Positions 51,776-63,846 of a stretch of 64,000 nt of DNA are shown here, piece after piece (within the stretch, counting starts at the first letter, position 1; each line of letters opens with the position of its first letter). Under the pieces are notes generated by a model. The model made no database searches. It was not told where the DNA came from and was given only the letters and a program-made list of their open reading frames with translations. The translations under genes and the position numbers were made by a program. The stretch comes from Macrostomum lignano (taxonomy: Eukaryota), in contig NIVC01000642.1 of NCBI GenBank assembly GCA_002269645.1, forward strand, positions 1 to 64,000. Direction: 5' to 3'.

Positions 51776-51928
51776 GTAGTCTATGGCCAGGCCTGCGTGG
51801 GGAACGAATGTATGTCTGTAGTCTATGGCCAGGCCCGCGTGGGGAACGAATATATGTCTGTAGTCTATGGCCAGGTCCGCGTGGGGAACGAATGTATTTC
51901 TGTAGTCTATGGCCAGGCCCGACTGGGG
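51776..51928. repeat. 42-bp repeat x4 (GTAGTCTATGGCCAGGCCCGCGTGGGGAACGAATATATGTCT)
   Basis: Four tandem copies. Confidence 0.9.
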
Positions 51929-52065
51929 AATACAATTCTGGAGTTAAGATACTTTTTACACCAAGTATTTCAAACAAGATTATCATTTGTTTTGTGTTGG
52001 AGAACAAATAAGGCAACTTTTCAATTAGGGCAACTCGATCATACTACGCACCAATTTATTTACAG

Positions 52066-52233
52066 GTGGACATGACGCAGATGGCAGAGTCCGGATCCAA
52101 TGCTGGAGCAAACAAGAACTCGTCTGTTAGCCTGCGAAATCGGGCCAGCGGCGGTCTTGATAACTCAGCCTTCGTGTCCGACACTGCCGGAAAGTCACCG
52201 ACTGATGGAGCTCTGACGGAGGTGCAGATGTGA
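52066..52233 (+). CDS. Probable alternative terminal exon of the SLC5 gene
   Basis: TTTATTTACAG| then VDMTQMAESG...GGLDNSAFVSDT...EVQM*; joins in frame to a phase-0 donor GCG|GTAAAA at 51398/51399, giving 702 aa. GxDNxAF resembles the SLC5A8 tail motif. Confidence 0.65.
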   Translation: MDMTQMAESGSNAGANKNSSVSLRNRASGGLDNSAFVSDTAGKSPTDGALTEVQM

Positions 52234-52321
52234 TAATGGGACAAAGGTACTTGCAGCCGGAACTGCACCTGATCGAGGCTAATTTGGTCTGACTAAATCT
52301 TCCATCACTTTGAAATCCCTC

Positions 52322-52565
52322 CCATCAGTTTTCAGTCACTCCCGTCACTTTGTAGTCACTCACGTCACTTTGCAGTCACTCCCGTCACTTTGCAGTCACT
52401 CCCGTCACTTTGCAATCACTCCCGTCACTTTGCAATCACTCCCGTCACTTTGCAATCACTCCCGTCACTCTGCAATCACTCCCGTCACTCTGCAATCACT
52501 CCCGTCACTTTGCAATCACTCCCGTCACTTTGCAATCATCCCCGTCACTTTTACAGTCACTCCCA
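52322..52565. repeat. 20-bp minisatellite (GTCACTTTGCAATCACTCCC)
   Basis: About 12 copies. Confidence 0.93.
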
Positions 52566-54289
52566 TTACTTTTTAAGCAAATTAATGAAAGTGAAGAACT
52601 ACACTATTCTCAACCAGGCAGAGAATTAATTTTAGTATCTCTATATACACAATGGTATTTTTACAATGAACCTAAGACTTAATTTTTTTGTCTGTTCGGC
52701 GCGATGCACATCGTTGCTAGCCTTTTTGATTTAACATTTCGAATATGTATTTGTATCTTACTACTACTTCCTGAAATTGCCCTAGTAGCATGATTGGCTC
52801 TTGTGTTTTGGAAAAACAAAGAAATCAGAAATTGAAAACAATAAAGCAAACAAAAGCGCAGGTTTATTGGATATAAGTCGGTGAAATATATTGATTTTAT
52901 CTGAGTCAATGCCGCTTTCTGCAGATAGTGCCAGGGCCCAATAACCCGGCACGTAGTTTGTTTGCATCTTTTTTTGCTCTCGTTTATTACATTTCTGTTT
53001 ATGAATAGGCTCTTTCCAGTTTGGGGGAATTTCTCCTCATTTAGAAATCTCGCGACAAACCGAATGGGAAAAAATTTCTAAAGCAAAATTAAAAGCAAAA
53101 CAGAAAAATAATGCAAAGGGAACAGCAGATTTGATGTGGCTGTCTGTGCGATGCTGTTTTGGAGAAAACATAACAAATAAATTGGTCTCTCTGTGTTACT
53201 AATGACATATGCATATTGTACATACACGCATACAAATTAACTGCTAAGAATGGGGATTGTCTTTACCGCTGGCAACAGGTTAGCAACTGCTGGTGGATCA
53301 CGAAGCGGGGAAAATATTTCCAATATTTTTAAGTGCAAAAAATGTTTGTGGTGGAAGGGGAGCAAAAGTGGGTTGCGAGAATGCGAGAAAATTTCAGAAT
53401 TCGATCAAGGAGAAACGCAAAAACGCACTGTTTAACCTCACCGAATTCATTGAGTGATTGGACTTGAGAGCGGAGACTTACTGGGTCTCGAATGTCACTG
53501 AATTCGCTCGATTGAGAAACGAAAGCGAAAGTAAAATCCAATGCGACAAGAACGAAATCCTTACTTAAAACTGACAGCATCAATCAAACCTTTTTTGGCC
53601 GCGAAGGAAATCAAATTAAGAAAATGAATTTGTTTAAAATAAGCAAAATTAAATGCAGCAGAGTAAAACAAAAATCAAGGATGCAACTAAACTGAATAGT
53701 GTGACCTTGTGTGAGTCATTTTTTTCTTTTTCAAAAAAATTACAATTTTAATTGCCAAGGCGGTTGCCATGGCGCGAGGAACTGTGTAGAATTCTGCGTT
53801 AATCATGAGCAGGTACAACAGTGCTTGGCGGGGCGGTGGGGGCTGGCACGACAGTCTCTGTCTGTACTTTGTGGTCTTTGTATCAATCAGTGAACTATTA
53901 GCAGCGACTAAATAAAAAGAAGTTTTTTTATGGCGCAATTACCTTCCATTCCTCCCGGTGTATGAGGCAATTGTTCAGGTAATGAAAGCTGAAGACTGAA
54001 AAACGGTCGGATATGATATGACAGTGACCAGGAAGAGGGAACAGGAAGAGAGAAGATTAGAAAATCAGAGCTAAAGAAAGAGAAGGAACACTGAACTATT
54101 TAGGCCCAACAGAGAGAAGCTTTAGTCTGCATGGCTGTTTGCCAAAAACTTTCTGGTATCCTGCAAGACTATTTACACAAATATTGCGGATTAGGTGTAC
54201 TCCGGTAAGCACTGGGTCACCAGTTAATCTGGAAGCCTATCTTTTATGTAGTTTGTACTGTTTCTGGGTAGGCAGGACGCTTTGGACAC

Positions 54290-55035
54290 GTGGTCGGGGT
54301 ATTGTCACCAAATACAGCGGGATATTATCACCGGGGTTGGTGGGGTATTATCACCGGGGTTGGTGGGGTATTATCACCGGGGTTGGTGGGGTATTATCAC
54401 CGGGATTGGTGGGGTATTATCACCAGGGTTTGTGGGGTATTGTCACCATGTTGGTGGGGTATTGTCACCATGTTGGTGGGGTATTGTCACCAGGTAGGTG
54501 GGATACTGTCACCAGTTTGGTGGGGTATTGTCACCAGGTTGGTGGGGTATTGTCACCCCAGGTTGGTGGGGTATTGTCACCAGTTTGGTGGGGTATTGTC
54601 ACCCCAGGTTGGTGGGATACTGTCACCAGGTTGGTGGGGTATTGTCACCAGGTTGGTGGGGTATTGTCACCCCAGGTTGGTGGGGTATTGTCACCCCAGG
54701 TTGGTGGGGTATTGTCACCAGTTTGGTGGGGTACCCCTAGGATAATAGGTACCCCTAGGATAATACCCCACCAACTGTCACCATGTTGGTGGGGTACTGT
54801 CACCATGTTGGTGGGGTACTGCCACCATGTTGGTGGGGTATTGTCACCATGTTGGTGGGGTACTGTCACCATGTTGGTGGGGTATTGTCACCATGTTGGT
54901 GGGGTACTGTCACCATGTTGGTGGGGTATTGTCACCATGTTGGTGGGGTACTGTCACCATGTTGGTGGGGTATTGTCACCAGTTTGGTGGGGCATTATCA
55001 CCGGGGTTGGTGGGGCATTGTCACCAGGTAGTTGG
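54290..55035. repeat. 20-21-bp minisatellite (TGGTGGGGTATTGTCACCA core)
   Basis: About 34 copies; each unit has TGGTG..CACCA inverted ends. Confidence 0.93.
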
Positions 55036-55307
55036 GGGCATTTTTCGAGAAAGGCACGTGGGGAATTTAAAGAGAACAGAGATCGGAGTTGAAGAATGAA
55101 CGAACAGTAAGATCGAGAATTTCAATCCATACACAGAAGCGCGCATTGAGCAGTACACAGAGGACAAAGGATAAAGACTATGTAGATTAGATTCGCGCAA
55201 GGAATGACAAGGACCCACTGTCGCACAGGTAGCAACCAATTTTGGTATGTGTATAAAGACACCAGAGCACGCTTGGCGAGGTCGAACAAATGCCTGACTG
55301 GAATAGC

Positions 55308-57844
55308 TTAAGAGATGCAGCTGGAGTATTGGCTAATCTCAACCAGACGCTGTTGGTGCCAAGCTGCCGTATCAGCTACCGCGCTGGTTGGATTTGGGCA
55401 ATGCCAGCAGGTCGGAGGAGAGGCTAGCTGTTGCTGCTGCTGCTGTTGAAGCAGGTGGTGATACTGCTGCACATCGGAGGCCCAGGTGACCAGGAGCCAG
55501 GCCACGAGAGGCGCCGTGTCCGCAGCGCTGGCGCCGCTCAAACGGGCCAGCCGAGGACACCAGGAGACGCTGGCGGCGGATGCTGCGGCGGCGGCTTCAG
55601 CGGCGACGGAGGACGAAGCCAATACGGACACCGGGGTAGCGGCGGCGGCGGCGGCTGCGGCTGCTGCAGCTGCAGCTGACATGGCGGCGGTGAGGGCGGC
55701 GAGGCCTAGCAGGCTGGGCGGGTAGAGCCGCAGCAGGTCCAGTCTAAGCAGCAGTCTGTCCAAGAACACGTCTAGCCAGCCGGCCACCTGCTGCTGCAGC
55801 TCCTTGCCAAAGTCCCCAGCCGCGATGAGGCTGTGATAGAACTGGGCGAATTCCGCTTCAGTCGGGTAGCCGAGGTCGCCGTCAAAGTGGCCAACCAAGC
55901 GGCACTCGAGCTCCAGGAGGCTGGGCGATGGGGCAGGCGGCAGGAGTTGACGGATGAGGCGGCTCAGCCGACCCGAGACGGCCTCCTGGGGAAGGAGGGT
56001 TTCGGCTTAGTCAGTTAGTAAACAATTTTGTGTGGATGGGGCTTCGAGTACTACTAGTGGAATTCTTTGGACGACCTACGCATACACAAGCTCACACAGG
56101 GTGTACATCGTCCAAGGTGGATCCCCGGGCACTCGGGCCAACCCGGCAATGAGTTGGCAGATTATTTGACTGGTCCCCTGCCCGTGGATTCACCCCCACC
56201 CGACGTTGTCACCACTCGGATCAACCAGTGGGTGGCTTCTATAAGCACAGGGAGAGGTGGACTAACGCCCCCGACTGCCTGCAATCCCGCGCGGCTGTCG
56301 TCTGTTCTTCCTCCGCCCTCCGCAGGGCCCTGCTTAGACTCAACCGCAGGAACATCAGGGCAGTGGCATCGTCACCTCCAGGAAAAAATCCGTAGCGAGG
56401 AATGCCCATTCTGGCTCTCAGGTGTCGAGAATGCGGAGCACTTCATCTGTGAATGCCCCGCCTTTACTCAGGACAAGCTCCCCTGCATCGGCCCAAACCC
56501 GGACCTCTTGACTTGCAGCTAAGTCAAGTACATCGTCCAAGAGTTTTCGAAGCCAAAATAGTCTAAAATAGATTTGTTTTTAATCATCAATCTTTTGTAG
56601 CCTTCGGTCAGCTGTCGCATTAAAATTTGCCGTAGTTGCTCCCAACCCCGGTCGAGACTTAACAAACTAACAGACAACGGCTTCAATGAGTCCTTGAATA
56701 TCTTGACGTAAAACGCGGAACTCATTGCAAAGATTCGCATCGAAATTTATTACAAACTAATTGGTGGCAACAGTAGCTTGGAATTACTACTATAAATAGT
56801 AACGACCTCTTAGTAATCGCACCGGACGCTGATACGACGTTTGACGCTCAGCTTGTCATAGCAGCCCTAGTGTTAACACGTAAGATGATCTTTGTGACTG
56901 TCTGAGTGGTGCACACGACCTGAAGGGTTCTTTGTGTGACCTTGGCGGCCTGGGCTGACGAACTTGTGTTGCCGGCTGAGTAGCCAATATTTCAGGAAGA
57001 GTACCACGCTCTGTGCCGCTTTGAACTGCCATTGCAGGAAGCTGGTAAATGGACAACCCCAGGCATTGGAGCGTGTTGGGCGCCTTAGTGGCCTATTTAC
57101 GGGAGCGATACCAAGCGTTGAGATTAGCAGTTACGATACCCAAAATCCAGAAAGGCTTCCATCGCCCATAGAGGCCCATAATTTCCGCCGTGGTTAGCCC
57201 ATCAGAGCTTTAAGCTCCTGGAGGACCCATCACACTACTCAGCGGCCAGAGCCCAATCTTAGGGCTGATCGGCGCTGGCAACGGCTGGCACCCGGATTAA
57301 CAGCAGCAAAAATCCATACAGATAGAGAAAACAATAAATCTCATGCAAAATCAACCCAGACCTGTTCGTGCAGCTTGGCAGCCAGGGACAGGCAGGCAGC
57401 AGCCAGCGGCAGAGGAGACGCAGCAGGTACCCATTCGGCAGCAACTCGGCCGAGGCATTCGGCAATTAGGTAGCGATCGAATAAGCTGGCGGCCAGGTGC
57501 AAAGTTGCTCGACTGAGGCTCAGCTGTCTGGCTGCCGCGGCCAGCCAGGCGATGGCGCCGCGACGATTGGCGCCAGTTAAAAGGCGCTGGCTGGCCGCGC
57601 TGCCTGGTGACGAGTCGTCGAACAGCTGCTTGGCCGCCCTGTGCAGCAGGTGGCTGTGGTACGCCAACGAGTCATCCGTCCAGGCGGCTTCAATGAGTTC
57701 GTCTGCTAACTGGACTGCGGCTGGCTCGATGGGAAGGAGCCGCTGGCCGGTGAGCCTGCTGCAGGCCGGAGTCGATCTGAGCAAGTTATGAGTTAGCAAC
57801 TGATCAGCAGCTGCGGTATCATGGCTAATCCGATTGTCAGACAA
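55308..57844 (-). CDS. Divergent cyclin (two cyclin folds; cyclin O/J-like), 5' end unresolved
   Basis: complement(join(55308-55985,57362-57844)), phase-0 GT-AG intron. Cyclin box [34 protein letters not shown], then [13 protein letters not shown] and [12 protein letters not shown]; poly-Ala and poly-Gln tail. First codon at 57844 is TTG right after an AG acceptor. Confidence 0.8.
56117..56527 (+). mobile_element. 5'-truncated non-LTR retrotransposon (RNase H and CCHC C-terminus), in the cyclin intron
   Basis: Encodes [15 protein letters not shown] (RNase H end) and CPF.......HFICEC (ORF2 Cys-His motif, degenerate); 14-bp TSD GTACATCGTCCAAG at 56103-56116 and 56528-56541; short AAGTC tail. 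Confidence 0.85.
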
Positions 57845-58302
57845 CTACAGGTTGCATCTACCTCAAAGCGATACACCAAGTACAATGTGTACCAGCTGAA
57901 CTCACAAACGAGACAAATATACAATTATTCTCGTGCTTTGATTCTGGTTCCTTGTTCCTATTCAATGTAGTTTTAATCAATGAAAAACATTCTTTCAATT
58001 TTGATAAACACTACAATTCAAGGATGGTGAGCAGTTCGAGTATTTTATTCAAAGAGAGCCCAATTTAACACAAGTCTTTCATACTATTCAAACATTATAC
58101 GCTCTAAGCCTTCAAAGCCTTCAACGATACATAGAACTAAAAGATAGACCAATCAAGACAATATGTACTCCACATAAATCAATAGTTAAAAATAAGAAAA
58201 CTGAGACCTAGATAAAGGAATTTAAAATAAAAAACTTGTCTAAGCAAATTTAAGATGAAATTATTCCTTAAAATAACTATTCAATATAGGATTCAGAATG
58301 TA

Positions 58303-58722
58303 TAGTATTTGTCATGCTATCTCAGCCTAGAGACATCCAAACTCAGCCAGTCCCATTCCGCAATGCGTTTTTTTTGGCTCGAGCTAGTTGACTTTTACCA
58401 TAGACATGCTTCTTAAGGCCATGCTATCTCAGCCTGGGACATGCAATCTCAGCCAATATAGATTTCAATTGCAAACAGATCTCAATGCTATCATTTCTAT
58501 AATGTGACATGAAATGGCAACAAACAGCAATGAATGAACGCAGCAAGAAAAGTCAGTAAGGGTACGCAACAACGCTGAGATTGCATGTCCCAGGCTGAGA
58601 TAGCATGGCCTTAAGAAGCATGTCTATGGTAAAACTTGACTGGCTTACGTAAAAAATCGCACTGTCGAGATGGGCTGGCTGAGTTTGGATGTCTCTAGGC
58701 TGAGATAGCATGACAAATACTA
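58303..58722. mobile_element. Near-palindromic MITE (420 bp) with TA flanks
   Basis: TAGTATTTGTCATGCTATCTCAGCCTAGAGACATCCAAACTCAGCCAG is a perfect ~48-bp TIR; a second ~57-bp inverted pair lies at ~58397-58455 / 58573-58630; TA at 58301-58302 and 58723-58724. Confidence 0.85.
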
Positions 58723-61700
58723 TACTAAATAATATTTAAAAGTATTTTGCTAGTTACTTTTTCATTGGGATAAAAAATTAAATTTAATTTAAATTCTAAA
58801 ATTAAATCTCATGTTATTATTTGGTATAACTAGTATAATCTATATTCTTAACAAATAACTATTTAATTAAAGTAAACAAAAATTATATATCCATATACTA
58901 AAAATGGTTTGTCTAGGTATATCTTATGCTATCTTTTTTATTTGAAAATAATTCATTTTATAATATTAGACTTTTTCTATTAAGTAAGCCCAGCCCATGG
59001 CATGTCAGTGTAGAGTTATTTATTAAATTTCGCAAAATGTATTTTTTAGATTCAGAAAAAATATAGGCAATGCATGATAGAATACAAATAAAAATATTAA
59101 ACTGAAGTATAAAACTATAAAAAAGTTCAAAGGTAAAAGAAAGGCTTAAAATACTGAAATTTGAGGAAACACACAATTTTAAATATATATTTAGTACTAT
59201 GTATATAGTAACTAGTACTAATTACTGCATTCAGTAGGCTGTTAGACAGCAAAATATCTCTTAGAGTATTATATTTTAAAATTTCCGAAAACGATCTCGC
59301 ACTTACGTTGTTTTTTCTATTATTTCATTAAAAAACGCTGAATCGTTTGTTTCTGATCCGCTGTAAATACCTGCATTGTTATTGCAATTCTCAATAATAG
59401 ATGAATTTATACTTGGCGTGCAGTAAGTTGGTCCAGAGTACATGGTCATTAGATTCACTCCAACTGTACAATGCAAAAAGACTGGTGGGTATACCTGCTT
59501 CATTCTCAAGATTCCGGCCGGCTGCAGCAGTAAAATATGCAAACCGCCGCACCTGCAAAAGAAAAAACTACGCGATAACGATTTTTTTCTGCGCCAGGCC
59601 GAACTTTCATAGATGTGCCTCACTGTATTAATGCAAGAATTAATTCTTAAAATACCTTAAGAACTTTTTTCTTTCTATCAAAATTACTCACAAAATATTA
59701 GTAATAATTTATTTATAGCTTTAGTTTCCATCAACTATTGTAATATTTGTTATATTTATTTACCTCCGTCAAATCACTGAATCAGTGGGGTGTGTATAAA
59801 AGCTGGCACTGGCACATTGGACACATTGGACACCCCTTTTTATAACAAAATTAGATATGAAAATGCAAAATAAACTTGCAGAGCTACTTTTAAAAAATTT
59901 AAAAAAAATGATAATAATAGAAATGACATCCTTGCTTTTGTGATAAATGATTTGTTAAATATTCTTTGTATTATCGTTTTTTGTACATGTTTAATTTGGC
60001 ATTCGATTTTTTAAAATAATCGCACATGCAAAAACTGTACAGCTTGCAATGCTATTACTCTGTGATTTTACTACCCCGAAGGTTCTGTACTACAGGCGTA
60101 CCGATTTAATGCTAAATATGCCTGATATATGAAATGATCAAACTAATAGTCAGAACTCAATTCTCCATAAAATGATGAAGCATTCTGCTCTTATCAAAAA
60201 ACCACAACTTATTTTGTTAGGATTACTTCATGAAGAACGAACTTTGGATATTCCAAATTGCAAGTATTTCTATAATAAAATAGTTAATACATTGGCAGAT
60301 TATTTGATGAAAAAATTGCACCCAAAAAGTTTTTTTTACTTTGAAAGATGATGAAAATATTAATAATTTCCAAGCTTCTTCTTTTATTAGTTCAATTACT
60401 TTTTGTATGATTTCAACCAACAAAAAAGGAATAGCTACTCAGTGAAAGTTCAAATTACAGTCTCTTCTTTATATACAATCCTTTTAAGAAAACATTATTA
60501 TGAATAATTTGCCAAGTCATGATATTTAAGAAATTGTGCTAATCATTTAAATTATGAGTTAAAAAATGCAAGCATATAAGTAAAAAATCTACCTCACAGA
60601 CTAAGAAGTCTTTTTACTGAAAGTTTATATGTGACGCTTTGAAAAAACAACATATAAACCATCTTCACATAACATTTATTGTCATTTATTTCAGACCTAA
60701 ATCCTTTAGCACATAAATATTCTGCACGTATGTTGCAGGGTATACTTCCTTCTTCTAAAATCCTACAAATGCCACAAAGTTTTAATAGGCAAATTTATTC
60801 GTATTGTTTATATTAATATTTCTATATTTATGAGAAGTTTTCCAATAAGAACAAGTTCCCAATCAGTAAAACACTATATTTTAATTCTAATGTCCAAAAT
60901 TATGGCATTCTAAGGGACCAAGTGATAGGTTTTAAGCTACTATTAGCACCTGCATGATTTATTTATTTAATACCTACACATTCCTTAATGTCTATAGTTC
61001 GCCTAATTGCCTAATTGCTAACCCTAATTCTAGCCTTCTTGGCTTACAAGTTTGAGTCTTCACAGCATATTATTCAATTCAAGCCCTACTAATTTTATTA
61101 GCCTCTCTTAATTTTATAAAATAATAATTTTCTTTAGTGTAACTGCTCCAAAAATTTCAACTTTAATTTAAGTGGTGTGCCGAAACACCACTTGCACCAT
61201 TACAGCCGTCTATAATTTTTTTGTGCTAATTGGTTGACCACTTTCAATAATTTTCTTGGGTCAAGAGTGTGATATATGCATATTGCAGCATGAATTTTTT
61301 AAAGAATCCCTAATTTTATACAAGGAATCATATATATTTATAGAAAGTTAGCTCTTAGAGTAGAGATAAAGTACATAAGACTATTAATAGCAACTTTTCA
61401 TACAATTGCTTATGGTAATGATTTCTATTGTTATAAAGTTACAAATAAATAAAAAGTTACATTGCATTTAAACTGTACTTTATGAGTTGTAAGCCTTTCA
61501 ACTCAGAGTGCACTTCAATTGCTTTAATATACATTGCTAGATGTTATTTAGCATTTCTTTGTTATTTATCATTTAACTCATTGCATTGTTTAATTGCTAA
61601 TTTCATTTGCTCAGCTGCAATATTTATTACTTTTTTATTAATGCCAATGTTTGTAATACTTTTTCTCCCCATTTTTAGTGTTTGTGGTATTCTTGTTGTA

Positions 61701-62136
61701 GGGCTGTTTATTATTAAGAAAATCCCACCGCTGTTACCAAAATCTGTTATAGGGTAAACTTTCGCCTGTGGTTTAATCACAACGCTGCTACCAATTTGTT
61801 ACAGGGGTCTTGGGGAAGGGAAATTATTCTATGCTGACACCAAATCTGTTATGGGGAATTAATGGGATTCTTGGAATTTCTGAAAGGTATACTAGTTTTA
61901 TTACTAATAGGAGTAAGCCAATGGTTGCTCCTGGTGGCGTGAGTGTCCGAGCGGCAAGACACTGTCTAAAGGTTAAACTGTCCGAGGGAGGGCTACACGG
62001 CGGATCAGAGTTGCCTGGGGAATTATCGCACGATGGGAATTTCTAATAGCTAATAGGGAATGATTTCATGGGGAAGAATTCACTTAATGGAATCGCTAAA
62101 AGAAAAGGGGGGGCTGAGATTTCTAATAGTTAAACT

Positions 62137-62577
62137 TCAAAGTAGGGGAACGAAATACCGAGTCAGTTGGGAGTTAGAGTTGGGCCAGATAACTGGGCGA
62201 CAGTAGGTCTGGGTAGGGAGTTGGCTGAACTCCAGGTCAAATTCTGGGGTCTGGGGGGTTAGGAAAGGAAGAGAGACAAAGCTCTTGTTCACTGGGGAAG
62301 GGGGTGAGGTAATTACTGCGCGTGTCTGCGGGGTTGAAGGGGGGAGAGGCTGTACGCTTATAGCTGAACAGATCCTTCTTGGGGAGAGGGGAGAGGCTGT
62401 ATGCTTTGGCTGAACAGACCTTGGGACAAGGGCTGAGCGCCTAAAGAAGGAACAGTGAGTCAGGCAATGCCCAATTAAAACCTTTGCTAGACTATAGAAA
62501 GTGCTAGACGAGGAGTATGCTCTCCTGTCAATTATTGCGCTTATATTTATATGTTTTTCAGCAAAAATGGCGGACAT
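62137..62577 (-). CDS. Orphan intronless ORF, 146 aa, Pro/Ser-rich
   Basis: True ATG (MSAIFAEK); GC-richer than its flanks; contains an internal ~48-bp tandem duplication; no recognisable motif. Confidence 0.3.
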   Translation of the reverse strand: MSAIFAEKHINISAIIDRRAYSSSSTFYSLAKVLIGHCLTHCSFFRRSALVPRSVQPKHTASPLSPRRICSAISVQPLPPSTPQTRAVITSPPSPVNKSFVSLPFLTPQTPEFDLEFSQLPTQTYCRPVIWPNSNSQLTRYFVPLL

Positions 62578-62892
62578 AGCTAAACAAAATTTCCACTAAG
62601 TAACAGATTTACTAGTACTAATGGCAAGTGAGTATTTATGGCTAAGAAAATAATATTTTATGCTTATAGATGTCAAGTTTTTTATCAGGAACAAAATTTG
62701 TGCGTAAAGAAAGGCAACGTGAATACAGTTATTATTAAGCACCCGCCACAATTGGCCTTCCTGAAATAAATTTTTAAAATGAATTTTAATGAGTGCAAAA
62801 ATTTATACGATTAGGAAAAGAAAAGAAAAAGAAAAAACTACATTATTGCAAAAAATACGAATTTGACTGTTCAGTTTTATACGCATTTCAGT

Positions 62893-63846
62893 TCACATAA
62901 AACGAAATTCCTCCGGCAGTCGAGTCGGATATGGCCAGCGGCACTTGTAGCCGAGCCACTGCACTTCGTTGACCACGTTGTCGGTGTTGTACACTCGCTG
63001 CTCACGGTTTAGATCATTTAGCGCATAGACCGTGGCACGGCGCCAGGCGGCAATGGCTTGGTTCGGCTGCATCAGCCGTAGTGCTCGCAGAGCGGGTCGT
63101 ACATCTTCGCGCTGCGGAAAGTCGCGGCCGTCGGGCTTAAAGTGGGCCACACGAACCAAGTATAGCTTAAGTGTCGTCACGTGGTGTCGGTACTCGACTC
63201 GTCGAAAATCAGGCAGGTTGGCGATGATGTGATTGTAATTCTCGCCTAAGTCTTGGGGCTGCTGGAGCTGAGCTCGCGGGACTGGGTTGGCCATGAGAGG
63301 CGGGATCTCGATCTCGAGTGGCTCTACCTTGACCGTCGGGTTGGCCGCAAACCTAGGCCTGTGTTGATGCTGCGGTCTCATGCTGTAGTTGTCCGGCGGC
63401 TTTACAAGCGGCGAGCGGGAACGCTCTCGGGATTCTACGGAAGATGTAGAAGCTGTGGGTCCTCGGGGTTCGCTGGAAGATGTTGATGGCGTGGGGCCAG
63501 CTCGGGGGCCAAGGCGACCGGCCTTTACAAGCGGCGGAGCCTCTTTGAGCGATATTACCTTCGAGCGCTTGCCACCGGGAGGCTGGCGTTGGACAGCTTC
63601 AGAATTGATAGGTACCGGTGTTTCTGACTGTTTCTGCAGCAGCTGAATACGCCCTTTGGGTGTATTGCTGTCTGTCGGGGGCGGCTTGGTGACTACTGAA
63701 GCCAATTTCGGCTTTGGGCCAGGTGGATTGGGTCTAGTGGCCTTTCTAACGGGTGCTGGCAGTTCGTTTTCATCATCGAACTCATTATCTTCGCTATCGC
63801 TTAGGGACAGTTCGTCTTGTAGGCGTTGGAGATCTTCAGAATTCAT
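62893..63846 (-). CDS. Orphan intronless ORF, 317 aa (acidic/Pro-rich N-terminal ~200 aa plus ~115-aa globular C-terminus)
   Basis: 954-nt stop-free frame from a true ATG, not repeat-derived; a GC-rich island in very AT-rich DNA; family not recognised. Confidence 0.7.
   Translation of the reverse strand: MNSEDLQRLQDELSLSDSEDNEFDDENELPAPVRKATRPNPPGPKPKLASVVTKPPPTDSNTPKGRIQLLQKQSETPVPINSEAVQRQPPGGKRSKVISLKEAPPLVKAGRLGPRAGPTPSTSSSEPRGPTASTSSVESRERSRSPLVKPPDNYSMRPQHQHRPRFAANPTVKVEPLEIEIPPLMANPVPRAQLQQPQDLGENYNHIIANLPDFRRVEYRHHVTTLKLYLVRVAHFKPDGRDFPQREDVRPALRALRLMQPNQAIAAWRRATVYALNDLNREQRVYNTDNVVNEVQWLGYKCRWPYPTRLPEEFRFM

Noticed and set aside
59303-60900. Short minus-strand ORFs in the AT-rich block
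   Set aside because: Short, AT-rich and motif-free; only the ATGAAGCAG|GT site is kept as a possible cyclin first exon.
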